Below are positions 26,503 to 35,644 of a DNA stretch of 64,000 nucleotides, in pieces. The first letter of the stretch is position 1, and every line of letters starts with the position of its first letter. Origin of the DNA: an uncultured Collinsella sp. (GTDB lineage Bacteria; Actinomycetota; Coriobacteriia; Coriobacteriales; Coriobacteriaceae); the NCBI GenBank assembly GCA_900540875.1, contig UQHT01000004.1, positions 28,972 through 92,971 of the forward strand. Direction: 5' to 3'. The translations under genes were made by a program, and so were the position numbers. A model generated the notes under the pieces. The model was not told the DNA's origin. It was given only the letters and a program-made list of their open reading frames with translations, and ran no database searches.

Positions 26503-27465
26503 TTAGTTGCCCGATGCCGTGCCTTGGCTCGAGTTGTCGGATGCCGTGCCAGACGCGGTTCCGCTCGAGCTGTTCGAGCTGTTGGTGTTGCTGCTGTCTG
26601 CTGTTCCCGTTCCCGACGTGGTGTCGCTCGTCTGGCCGCCCGTGCTCGGCTGCGAACCGTCAGTCGTTTGGCTTGAGTCGGTCGTGCCGGACGGCGTGCT
26701 GTTGTTGGCCGTAGAGGAATCGGTGCCCTGCGATTGGTTTTGGGTGTTCGAGGACGAATTGGCAGAGGTAGAACTCTCTTGCGTATCGTCCGTCTTTGCC
26801 TGCTGATCCTGCGACCGGGTGTTGCCATCTGCATCGCTCTCGGTCGTGCGCGACGAAAGGATAGGCTCGGGACGCTCGCCCAGACCCTCACCGGCAGTGG
26901 TGATAAGGATGGCGCCGGCGCAGGCGATGACCGCGACTATGGCGATAGCGATCGAGAAGATGATGACCTTCTTTTGCGTCTGGCTGCGCTCGGCCGCCGC
27001 CTTGGCGCGCAGGCTGTTGGGAGCGACGCGCGCCGTGGTCGCGCGTCCCGCAACCTGGCGCATCTCCTGCGTGGTTGCGGCGCCACCTAGGTGCTCCTCG
27101 ACATTGGGCTCAACGGGCTCGTAGGCGCCGGTAGGGTAGTCGACAGCGGCATGCGTGCCCTTGATTGCTTCGGCGCTGGCAGAGATAAAGTGGCGATAGA
27201 CCTGCGAAGACACAACAGTGATGACTGAGCTCACGGCGGCACCAATCACCGAGCCGGCAATGCCGATCTTTGAAGCAAGTGCCACGCTCGTGGCGGCAGC
27301 CGCGGCGCCGGCGATGATTTGGGGAATGGAAATGTCATCGAACAGGCCCTTTTTGGGCGCGATGGCCATGGTCTGGCCGATGGAATGGTTTTCGTGAACG
27401 CCGTTGTTCAGTGCGGCGGGAGTCATGACACGCGTGCGCGGCGCGTCGGTGTACTTGGTCGTCAT
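26503..27465 (-). CDS. Hypothetical membrane protein with Ser/Thr-rich C-terminal tail
   Basis: GGAGG RBS 7 nt before the ATG at 27465. It has one amphipathic segment, one clear TM helix, and about 110 aa of S/T/N/Q low complexity. Confidence 0.5.
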   Translation of the reverse strand: MTTKYTDAPRTRVMTPAALNNGVHENHSIGQTMAIAPKKGLFDDISIPQIIAGAAAAATSVALASKIGIAGSVIGAAVSSVITVVSSQVYRHFISASAEAIKGTHAAVDYPTGAYEPVEPNVEEHLGGAATTQEMRQVAGRATTARVAPNSLRAKAAAERSQTQKKVIIFSIAIAIVAVIACAGAILITTAGEGLGERPEPILSSRTTESDADGNTRSQDQQAKTDDTQESSTSANSSSNTQNQSQGTDSSTANNSTPSGTTDSSQTTDGSQPSTGGQTSDTTSGTGTADSSNTNSSNSSSGTASGTASDNSSQGTASGN

Positions 27466-27639
27466 ACGGGGTCCTCCCGGTGTAAATCTGCTTCGTTTCG
27501 TGTAGCCATCAGGGTACCCACCAGATGTGAATCGTACGTGACATTTAACAGATACCATCAACTCATCAAGGGGGCTTGCTGTCTTTGGTGCAATAGCTTG
27601 ATGCTAAACTGGATTTATATTTGCGAGGTGGTTTACGTG

Positions 27640-27909
27640 ATGTACCCGTATATGACATTCGAAGATGGAACCGAGGTCATTCATTCTGACCTGATTACAG
27701 ATGGCGATATCGAAAAGGTTATCGTGCATTTTGAACGACCGACGGCAGAGGGCTTTGACTCCGCTCGTTGTGAGCTACCTTCTTACAATTGGACCATGTG
27801 GGAGGGGCGTTTCACCGACGAGGAGAAGCGAGGCTTTGAGACTTTTCTGAGCAATAACGCCCATCTGCTGTATCGCTACGCCGCAAGCGGAGGAGCAAAA
27901 GTTGCCTAG
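27640..27909 (+). CDS. Hypothetical small protein (89 aa) in a low-GC patch
   Basis: GAGGTG RBS. No recognisable domain. Local GC is clearly lower than the surroundings. Confidence 0.3.
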   Translation: MYPYMTFEDGTEVIHSDLITDGDIEKVIVHFERPTAEGFDSARCELPSYNWTMWEGRFTDEEKRGFETFLSNNAHLLYRYAASGGAKVA

Positions 27910-28213
27910 CCTATTTCTTATTAGCGGCTATCGGGCACTCTTTCTTGTGGACGAGATCTCGTTCTACTGCTAAATGCTATTCTGACTTCTCTTTTCCAAT
28001 CTTAATCATGAGCTCGTTCCATTAGCGCTGATCGCACATGACAGTACAATGGAGGCGACCGCCGCCTGCGCCCTCCTGGCGCTGCAGGATACCCTGAAAA
28101 TGAGAATCAAGGCTCGCCTCGCGAGGGCCTTTCTCTAGTGGTGCCTGTTGACTGACTTCGATTCCGTGTGAATAATCAACCTCGTGGCACTCCTGTGCCA
28201 AGTGGGGAGCAGC

Positions 28214-29050
28214 ATGAAGATTCTTAAGCGAATAAACAACAACACGGTTATCTGCGTCAATGCCAAGGGGCGCGAGCTTGTGGCGCTCGGTCGTGGCATC
28301 GGGTTTCCCGACGGCCCTGACGAGGTCACGCTCGACAAGATCGAGCGCACGTTCTACGGCGTCGACTCTCGCTATCTGGCGCTCCTCGACGAAATTGATC
28401 CGCAGGTGATGGAGTTTTCCGCCCAGATCGCCGATATTGCGCGCTCCAACATCTCGCGTGAGCTCTCGGCCAACCTGCCCTTTACCATGGCCGACCACAT
28501 CGCCTTTGCCATCAAGCGCTGCCGCGAGCACATGTTTGTTCAGATGCCGCTTTCTTATGACGTGCGGCAGATGTATCCCATCGAGTACAAAATTGCAAAG
28601 TTTGCGCTTGAGGGCATCAATCGCGAGTTCAACATCAAGATGCCGCCGAGTGAAGCGAGCGGCATCGTACTTTGCATCGTCAACAGCGTGGTGGCATCTT
28701 CTTCCAAGGCCAAGTCCAACACGGTCCGCAAGGATGAAGCACTCCTTGAGAAGTTTACCGAGATTATCGAGTCTCAGCTTGGCGTTGGCGTTGATCGCGA
28801 CGGTTTTGATTTCTGCCGTTATGCCACGCATGTGCGTTACCTGCTTGAGCGCGTGCAGAGCGGCGAGCCCCTCAATACTGAGAACGGCTCGCTCTATGGG
28901 CCGCTCTGCGAGCAACATCCCGATGTGGCCGCGTGCGTGGACCGCTTGACCGAGCTTATCGCCGAGCGCTTTGGTGCCGAGCTCACCGATGAGGAGAAGG
29001 TCTACCTGATGCTCCATGTCAACCGCGTCTGCGCGGGGTCGCGTACGTAG
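28214..29050 (+). CDS. BglG/LicT-family transcription antiterminator (CAT RNA-binding domain + two PRDs)
   Basis: N-terminal MKILKRINNNTVICVN CAT domain. Histidine-containing PRD regions follow. Confidence 0.85.
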   Translation: MKILKRINNNTVICVNAKGRELVALGRGIGFPDGPDEVTLDKIERTFYGVDSRYLALLDEIDPQVMEFSAQIADIARSNISRELSANLPFTMADHIAFAIKRCREHMFVQMPLSYDVRQMYPIEYKIAKFALEGINREFNIKMPPSEASGIVLCIVNSVVASSSKAKSNTVRKDEALLEKFTEIIESQLGVGVDRDGFDFCRYATHVRYLLERVQSGEPLNTENGSLYGPLCEQHPDVAACVDRLTELIAERFGAELTDEEKVYLMLHVNRVCAGSRT

Positions 29051-29159
29051 AACGCCGTTCGCCGCTGTATTTTGACCGTTTGCCGGATTGGACAATCCTA
29101 TTGGGGCACGCTCTGGCATTCCGGTCTTAAGATTACTTACACATAAGGTGTTATTCGAG

Positions 29160-29227
29160 AAGAGTTTCGAAGCATGACGCAGACAGTTCCCTGTCCGTAT
29201 TATGCTTCGGGGCTCTTCTGTTTTTTT
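29160..29227 (+). promoter_or_regulatory. RAT-like element overlapping an intrinsic terminator upstream of the PTS gene
   Basis: Terminator stem GAAGCAT...ATGCTTC followed by GGGGCTCTTCTGTTTTTTT. Its 5' half (GAGTTTCGAAGCATGACGCAGACAGTTCC) resembles the BglG/LicT RAT consensus GGATTGTTACTGCATTCGCAGGCAAAACC. Confidence 0.5.
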
Positions 29228-29332
29228 GTCATTCTTCCTTCTTTTTGAATCGCCTGATGTCAGGCCTGCCGTTATCGATACGCTCCGCATGCGCGCAAAC
29301 GCGGGGCGCCGGAAAAGCAAGGGAGTTCAGCC

Positions 29333-30757
29333 ATGGCTGACAACAAAAAGATTGCAGCAGACGTGCTCGAGGCCGTTGGCGGCAAGGAAAACGTAACGTT
29401 TGTTGCGCACTGCATGACGCGTTTGCGCTTCAATCTCAAGGATATCGATGCGCCCGATATCAAGAAGATCAAAAAGATCAACGGCGTGCTTGGTGCCCAG
29501 ATTTCGGGATCGCAGTTCCAGGTGATCGTGGGCCAGAATGTGCCCAAGGTTTATGACGAGCTCTGTAAGCTCGGCGGCTTTGCCAAGCAAGACGCCGTCG
29601 ATGAGAATCTTGATAAGCCCAAGGAAAAGCTTACACCCAAGGCAATCGGCAACAATATCCTTAACTACCTGTCGAGCTCCATGGTGCCGATGATCCCCGT
29701 TATGATGTGCGCCGGTCTCTTTAAGACCATCGCCGTAGTCCTCGGTCCCACGATGGCCAATGTTATCGCTGAAACGAGCGACCTGTATGTTCTTATGAAC
29801 ATGGTCTATGATGCAGCTTTCTACTTCATCCCCATTTACCTTGGCTATAACGCCGCCAAGAATATCGGCGTGACGCCAGTGCTCGGTGCGTTTATGGGCG
29901 GCATTCTCATTGATCCGACGATGATTCAACTGGCTGCGGACGGTGCCCCGTTCTCTGTCTACGGTATTCCCTGCGTTGCGGGCAACTACGCGCAGTCGGT
30001 GATCCCCATCCTGCTCTCCGTTTGGGCGATGAGCTATATCGAGCGCTTGTTCAAGAAGGTCATGCCCGATACTCTCTCCACGGTGTTCACCCCGTTCTTT
30101 ACAATGCTCGTAACGGTGCCGGTGTCGCTTTGCGCTCTTGCGCCACTTGGCTCTTGGCTCGGTAACGGTTTGGCGGCATTCTTTGAGATGCTCGGTTCCA
30201 CGGGTGGTGTTGTCGCGATTCTCGGCGCCGGCTTGTTGGCGGCAGCTTGGCTTCCCATGGTAATCTCGGGCATGCATGTGGCTCTCATCATGATCGCCAT
30301 CGCTAACTTTATGGCCACCGGTGTCGACTCGTTTATCCTGCCTGCCACCACGCTGAGCCTCTGGGCGGCATACGGAGTCGAAGTCGCATCTTGGCTCAAG
30401 CTCCGAAACAAAGACGAAAAGACCCTCTGCCTGGGCTACGTAATCGCCAATATGGTTGGTGGCGTGGGTGAGCCCTTTATCTACGGTGTGATGCTGCGCT
30501 ATCGCCGCACTTTTGCCATGGCTATCGCCGGCGCGTTTGTCGCGGGTGCCTTGGGCATGTCTCTCGGTGTGAGCGTCTACGTTGCCGGTACTGCCTCCAA
30601 TGTTCTCAATCTGCTCGCCTTTGTGGGCGGTGACGTGCAGAACTTCATCAACGCCTGCATCGCCGGTGCTGTAGGGTTTATCGCGGCCTTTGCCCTTACG
30701 TTCTTCTTTGGGTTTACCGAGGACGAGCTCGAAAATGGACCTGTTTCCGAGCGCTAG
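29333..30757 (+). CDS. PTS glucose/beta-glucoside-family EIIBC component
   Basis: N-terminal EIIB with active-site Cys (FVAHCMTRLRF) followed by an EIIC membrane domain. No fused EIIA domain (474 aa). Confidence 0.85.
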   Translation: MADNKKIAADVLEAVGGKENVTFVAHCMTRLRFNLKDIDAPDIKKIKKINGVLGAQISGSQFQVIVGQNVPKVYDELCKLGGFAKQDAVDENLDKPKEKLTPKAIGNNILNYLSSSMVPMIPVMMCAGLFKTIAVVLGPTMANVIAETSDLYVLMNMVYDAAFYFIPIYLGYNAAKNIGVTPVLGAFMGGILIDPTMIQLAADGAPFSVYGIPCVAGNYAQSVIPILLSVWAMSYIERLFKKVMPDTLSTVFTPFFTMLVTVPVSLCALAPLGSWLGNGLAAFFEMLGSTGGVVAILGAGLLAAAWLPMVISGMHVALIMIAIANFMATGVDSFILPATTLSLWAAYGVEVASWLKLRNKDEKTLCLGYVIANMVGGVGEPFIYGVMLRYRRTFAMAIAGAFVAGALGMSLGVSVYVAGTASNVLNLLAFVGGDVQNFINACIAGAVGFIAAFALTFFFGFTEDELENGPVSER

Positions 30758-30829
30758 TATCAACTCAGCGATGTTTAAACTTGGAAAGCGGCCTTGCGGG
30801 GCCGTTTTCCGCTATCGATAGGAGCACAT

Positions 30830-31711
30830 ATGACTATCAACGATGTTATCGAGGCCGTGAAGGGATATTGCTCCAGCATGGATGCCTTTACCGGCAAGCC
30901 CATCGATCCGGCGACGACGCGCGATCAGGTGACCTTTGGCGCCGAGGCGCTCGACTGCGCCTGCGCGGGCGTTGTGACCTGTATCTGGCCTACGGTCGAG
31001 GTAGTGCGCCGTGCGAAGGAGCTGGGCGCCAATCTAATCATCTCGCACGAAGCAATCTTCTGGAACCACGGCGACCATCGCGATGTCGTGGCTGGTAATG
31101 CCTCATTTAAGGCTAAGGTTGCCCTGCTTGAAGAGTGGGATGGCACGGTTTGGCGCTGTCATGACTACATTCATGCCGGTGTGCCGCTCGAGGCGGACGG
31201 TTCCCTTGCCGATGGCATCTTTTACGGGCTTGCCGATAAGCTCGGCTGGCTCGATTGTCGCATCGAGCGTGATTGCATGGATTTCGAGATTCCCGAGATG
31301 CTGGCGCGCGAGCTGGCGGCATATGTTGTCGAGCGTTTGGGGCTTGCCGGTACGCGTGTGATTGGCGACATGGATGCTCCCGTGCGCCGTGTGCGCATCC
31401 CCATGCATATCATGGGGCATCCCATGGGCGATACCGAGACACTCAACAAGATGGATGCCGAGGGTATCGATTGCCTGCTCGCCATGGAGCTTATCGATTT
31501 TACGGCGAGCGAATACGTGCGCGACGCCGCGATGCTCGGCCAGGGCAAGTGCATTATCCACATGGGGCATTTCAACGGTGAGGAACCGGGCATGGAATAC
31601 ATGGCAACCTGGGTGCCGCGTGCGCTCGAGGGGGCGGGATTGGATTCTGCCAAGGTGCCGGTGAGCTTTGTGCCCATGGGGGATACCTATCAGTACGTGC
31701 TGGCACGCTAG
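30830..31711 (+). CDS. Nif3-family dinuclear-metal-centre protein (YqfO/YbgI-like)
   Basis: AKELGANLIISHEAIFW and IIHMGHFNGEE match Nif3-family metal-ligand regions. AGGAG RBS. Confidence 0.6.
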   Translation: MTINDVIEAVKGYCSSMDAFTGKPIDPATTRDQVTFGAEALDCACAGVVTCIWPTVEVVRRAKELGANLIISHEAIFWNHGDHRDVVAGNASFKAKVALLEEWDGTVWRCHDYIHAGVPLEADGSLADGIFYGLADKLGWLDCRIERDCMDFEIPEMLARELAAYVVERLGLAGTRVIGDMDAPVRRVRIPMHIMGHPMGDTETLNKMDAEGIDCLLAMELIDFTASEYVRDAAMLGQGKCIIHMGHFNGEEPGMEYMATWVPRALEGAGLDSAKVPVSFVPMGDTYQYVLAR

Positions 31712-31718
31712 CTGAGAG

Positions 31719-31748
31719 TGGGGAGGCGGCTTTTGTGGCCACCTCCCG
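31719..31748 (+). terminator. Terminator hairpin after Nif3-like gene
   Basis: GGGGAGGCGGC-TTTTGT-GGCCACCTCCC. Confidence 0.45.
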
Positions 31749-32157
31749 CTGTACGTATTTCAGGTAACTTTTCGTGCCCCATCCTGCTGTCCTAGATATG
31801 CACAGCGCGCCGGCCGGGAAGGACGGCCAATCCTGGGGCGTCGGCTGGGGACGCTGCATGCGTCAATGCGCTCGCTACTCTTCGCTTGCCCCCGCAGCGG
31901 TTTCCATGAGGCAAATCGGGAACATTGTGGCAGGCGAGCTCTTCGCCCGTGGTTTCTTGGGCCTCGGTACCTTGGAATGTGCGAGCAAACTCGGGAAGCT
32001 TGTCGTGCGTCCATGTATTTAGTTCCATATGCGCTCCGTCTCTCAAGGATTTGACGAGGCCTATCGTATCCCGCGGAGCGCGCCTAAAACGACGGCGCGC
32101 AGGCAAGGCGCTACAATGGTGCCCATAAGAATCGCCTTTATGCGCAAGGAGCATGCT

Positions 32158-34161
32158 ATGGATACAGAGCTCAACCAGACGGGCGCCGTGTGCGCGAAAG
32201 CAAACGACGGCTTTTTGCGTGTGGCGGCGGCGTCGCCGCTGATTCGCGTGGCCGACGTCGAGGGCAATACCGAGGTTGCGTTGGCGGCTGTTCGCGAGGC
32301 TGCCGAGCGTGGCGTTCGCGCGCTGGTGCTGCCCGAGCTCAACTTGTGCGGCTATACCGCGGCCGATCTGTTCCATAACCGCACATTACTGCATGCCTGC
32401 GAGGCGGCGCTTGAGTTTATCCTCGATGAAACCCGCGAGCTGCCGATTGTCTTTACCGTCGGTCTTCCCGTTGCGGTTGCCGAGAATATCTACAACTGCG
32501 CCGCCGTGTGCTGCGCGGGCGAGCTTTTGGGCCTCACGGCCAAAAAGTATCTGCCTAACTATGGCGAGTTCTATGAGCGCCGTTGGTTTGCTCCGGCGCC
32601 TGCGGATCCCGTGTGGGTTGAATTTGCCGGTCAGGGTCCGGTTCCGCTTGGCTCGGGGCTTGTCTACCGCTGCTGCGATGAGGGTGCCGAGGACCTGGTG
32701 CTGGGTGTTGAGGTCTGTGAGGACCTATGGGTGCCGGCACCCCCTTCGACCGAGATGGCGCTTGACGGTGCGACGGTGATTCTCAACCCGTCGGCCTCGG
32801 ACGAGATTATCGGTAAGGCAGATTACCGCCGCGGCCTTATCTCTAACCAAAGCGCGCGCCTGTACTGCGCCTATGCCTATGCAGACGCGAGCGAGGGCGA
32901 GTCCACGACCGATATGGTCTTTGCGGGCGAGAACCTTATCTACGAAAACGGCTCGAAGCTCGCCGCGACCAAGCTGCTTACCTGCGATATGGCCGTCGCC
33001 GACGTTGACCTTGACCGCCTGGTTGCCGAGCGCCGCCGCTCGACGACGTGGACCCGCGCGGACGATGCGCCGGAGGCCACGACCGTTGAGTTTTCGTTTG
33101 AGGGCGTGCCGGCCAAAGAGCCTGTCCTGCGCAACGCCTGCGACATCGACCGTGTCTTCCCCCGCGCGCCCTTTGTGCCGGCCGACCATGGTGACCTGGC
33201 CGAGCGCTGCGAGACCATCCTCGACCTGCAGACCGCCGGCCTCAAGACCCGCCTTGCCCACACGGGCACCAAGGCTGCGGTCATCGGCCTTTCCGGCGGC
33301 CTCGATTCCACGCTGGCGCTACTCGTGACCGTGCGTGCCTTCGATGCGCTGGGGCTGCCGCGCACGGGTATCACGGCGGTCTCCATGCCAGGTTTTGGCA
33401 CGACGCATCGCACCAAGTCGAATGCCGAGTCGCTCGCCCGCGACTTGGGTGTGAGCTTCCGCGAGGTTTCGATCCACGCGGCCGTGGAGCAGCACTTCAA
33501 GGACATTGAGCACGATTCGGCCGTGCAGGACGTGACCTACGAGAACAGCCAGGCCCGCGAGCGTACGCAGATTTTGATGGATCTGGCCAACCAGGCTGGC
33601 GGTTTTGTCATCGGCACGGGCGATCTGTCGGAGCTGGCGCTCGGCTGGGCCACCTATAACGGCGACCACATGAGCATGTACGCCGTCAACGCGAGCGTAC
33701 CCAAGACGCTTGTGCGTCATCTGGTGCGTTATGCGGCTGATGTCTTTGGCGGGCGTATTGCCGAGGTGCTGCTCGATATCCTCGATACGCCGGTGTCCCC
33801 CGAGCTTCTGCCGCCCACGGGCGATGGCGAGATTGCGCAGAAGACCGAGGATTTGGTGGGCCCATATGAGCTGCACGACTACTTCCTCTACTACCTGCTG
33901 CGTTTTGGCTTTGAGCCGGGCAAGATCTACCGCATGGCGCTCAAGAGCTTCGAGGGCGTCTACGACGCCAAGACCGTCCACACGTGGCTGCGTACGCTCT
34001 ATCGTCGCTTCTTTGCCCAGCAGTTTAAGCGCAGCTGCCTGCCCGATGGTCCCAAGGTGGGCTCGGTGACGCTCAGCCCGCGCGGCGATTGGCGTATGCC
34101 GAGTGACGCCAGCTCGCGTCTATGGCTTGCGCAGATCGACGCGCTCAATGCAATTGACTAA
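32158..34161 (+). CDS. nadE: Glutamine-dependent NAD+ synthetase (CN-hydrolase + NAD synthase domains)
   Basis: N-terminal nitrilase-like domain and C-terminal GLSGGLDSTL PP-loop. AAGGAG RBS 6 nt before the ATG at 32158. Confidence 0.9.
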   Translation: MDTELNQTGAVCAKANDGFLRVAAASPLIRVADVEGNTEVALAAVREAAERGVRALVLPELNLCGYTAADLFHNRTLLHACEAALEFILDETRELPIVFTVGLPVAVAENIYNCAAVCCAGELLGLTAKKYLPNYGEFYERRWFAPAPADPVWVEFAGQGPVPLGSGLVYRCCDEGAEDLVLGVEVCEDLWVPAPPSTEMALDGATVILNPSASDEIIGKADYRRGLISNQSARLYCAYAYADASEGESTTDMVFAGENLIYENGSKLAATKLLTCDMAVADVDLDRLVAERRRSTTWTRADDAPEATTVEFSFEGVPAKEPVLRNACDIDRVFPRAPFVPADHGDLAERCETILDLQTAGLKTRLAHTGTKAAVIGLSGGLDSTLALLVTVRAFDALGLPRTGITAVSMPGFGTTHRTKSNAESLARDLGVSFREVSIHAAVEQHFKDIEHDSAVQDVTYENSQARERTQILMDLANQAGGFVIGTGDLSELALGWATYNGDHMSMYAVNASVPKTLVRHLVRYAADVFGGRIAEVLLDILDTPVSPELLPPTGDGEIAQKTEDLVGPYELHDYFLYYLLRFGFEPGKIYRMALKSFEGVYDAKTVHTWLRTLYRRFFAQQFKRSCLPDGPKVGSVTLSPRGDWRMPSDASSRLWLAQIDALNAID

Positions 34162-34229
34162 GGTTGGCTAAATTGAACCAATGCAGGGTTTGTAAGCGTT
34201 ACACTTTTGCAATCTGATGGCCCGTATCG

Positions 34230-34262
34230 CGCGGCGCTCTTGTCGGAGCGCCGCGTTTTTTA
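34230..34262 (+). terminator. Intrinsic terminator after nadE
   Basis: GCGGCGCTCTTGTCGGAGCGCCGC followed by GTTTTTTAT. Confidence 0.6.
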
Positions 34263-34279
34263 TATCGAAAGGTGGCACC

Positions 34280-35443
34280 ATGCAGGCATCGCAGCGTCTC
34301 GACCACTTTGGCGCGGAGGTTTTCGCCTCGCTCAATAACAAGCTCCTCGCGCTGAAGGCTCAGGGCAAGACCATTTACAACATGAGCGTGGGCACGCCCG
34401 ACTTTAAGCCGTACGACCACGTGGTCGAGGCGCTCACGCGAGCAGCCCAAGATCCCGAGATGTGGAAGTATGCCCTGCGCGACCTGCCCGAACTCAAGCA
34501 AGCCGTGTGCGATTACTATGAGCGTCGCTTTGGCGTTTCGGGCATTACGCCGTCCATGGTGCAGTCGTGCAACGGCACGCAGGAGGGCGTGGGCCATTTG
34601 GGCCTGGCCCTGCTCGATCCGGGTGACACCATTCTGGTTCCCGATCCGTGCTACCCGGTCTTTGAGGCGGGTGCCAAGATCGCCGATGCCAAGCTCGAGT
34701 ACTATCCGCTGGTTGCCGAGCACAATTACCTGCCCTATGTGGCGGGCATCGATCCCGAGGTGGCCGATCGTGCCAAGTACATGATTGTGTCGCTGCCCGC
34801 CAACCCGGTGGGCTCGGTGGGCACGCCCGAGGTCTACGAGGAGATCATCGCTTTCGCCCGCGAGCACGACCTGCTCATCGTCCATGACAATGCCTACTCC
34901 GACATCGTGTTCGACGGCGATCCGGGTGGAAGCTTCTTGCAGTACCCTGGCGCGCTCGAGGTGGGCGTTGAGTTCTTCTCGCTCTCCAAGTCGTTTAACG
35001 TCACCGGTGCGCGTATCGGCTTTTTGGTCGGCCGCGAGGATGTGGTCTCTGCCTTTGCCAAGTTGCGCAGTCAGATTGACTTTGGCATGTTCTTCCCGAT
35101 CCAGAAGGCTGCAATCGCGTGCCTTAATGGCCCGCGCGATGAGGTCGAGGCACAGCGTCTGAAGTACCAGGATCGCCGCGATGCCCTGTGCGACGGTCTT
35201 GAGGACCTGGGCTGGGAACGTCCCAACGCGCATGGTTCTATGTTTGTGTGGGCCAAGCTTCCCGGTGGTCGCACCGATTCCATGGCGTTTTGCGAGGAGC
35301 TCATGGAGAAGGCCGGCGTTGTGGTGACGCCGGGCGCGAGCTTTGGTCCTTCGGGCGAGGGACACGTGCGCATGGCGCTGGTCCTGCCGCCCGATCAGAT
35401 TGCTTTGGCTGTCGAGGCCATTCGCGAGGCGGGCCTGTATTAA
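34280..35443 (+). CDS. Class I/II PLP-dependent aminotransferase
   Basis: SLSKSFNVTGARIGF PLP-lysine motif. About 390 aa. It could be the N-acetyl-LL-DAP aminotransferase of the DapH route, but specificity is not determinable from sequence. Confidence 0.8.
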   Translation: MQASQRLDHFGAEVFASLNNKLLALKAQGKTIYNMSVGTPDFKPYDHVVEALTRAAQDPEMWKYALRDLPELKQAVCDYYERRFGVSGITPSMVQSCNGTQEGVGHLGLALLDPGDTILVPDPCYPVFEAGAKIADAKLEYYPLVAEHNYLPYVAGIDPEVADRAKYMIVSLPANPVGSVGTPEVYEEIIAFAREHDLLIVHDNAYSDIVFDGDPGGSFLQYPGALEVGVEFFSLSKSFNVTGARIGFLVGREDVVSAFAKLRSQIDFGMFFPIQKAAIACLNGPRDEVEAQRLKYQDRRDALCDGLEDLGWERPNAHGSMFVWAKLPGGRTDSMAFCEELMEKAGVVVTPGASFGPSGEGHVRMALVLPPDQIALAVEAIREAGLY

Positions 35444-35644
35444 ATAGCTATTTCGGCTCGTCAATAGATCGAAACCGATTTCGTACAGTTATTTTACGAA
35501 TCCTGCAAACATTTTCGGTAAACGGTCGATTTTTGTCCTCGAATAGGAGCATAATCAAAGTCCCGATTGGATGTATTGGGATTACGGCAAGCCGCTCGGG
35601 TCGTTCCCGGGCGGCTTGCTTGTGGAGAGAGATGGGAGTTTCTA

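Noticed and set aside
28022-29320. 432-aa minus-strand ORF
   Set aside because: Antisense to the BglG antiterminator gene and its leader. No RBS.
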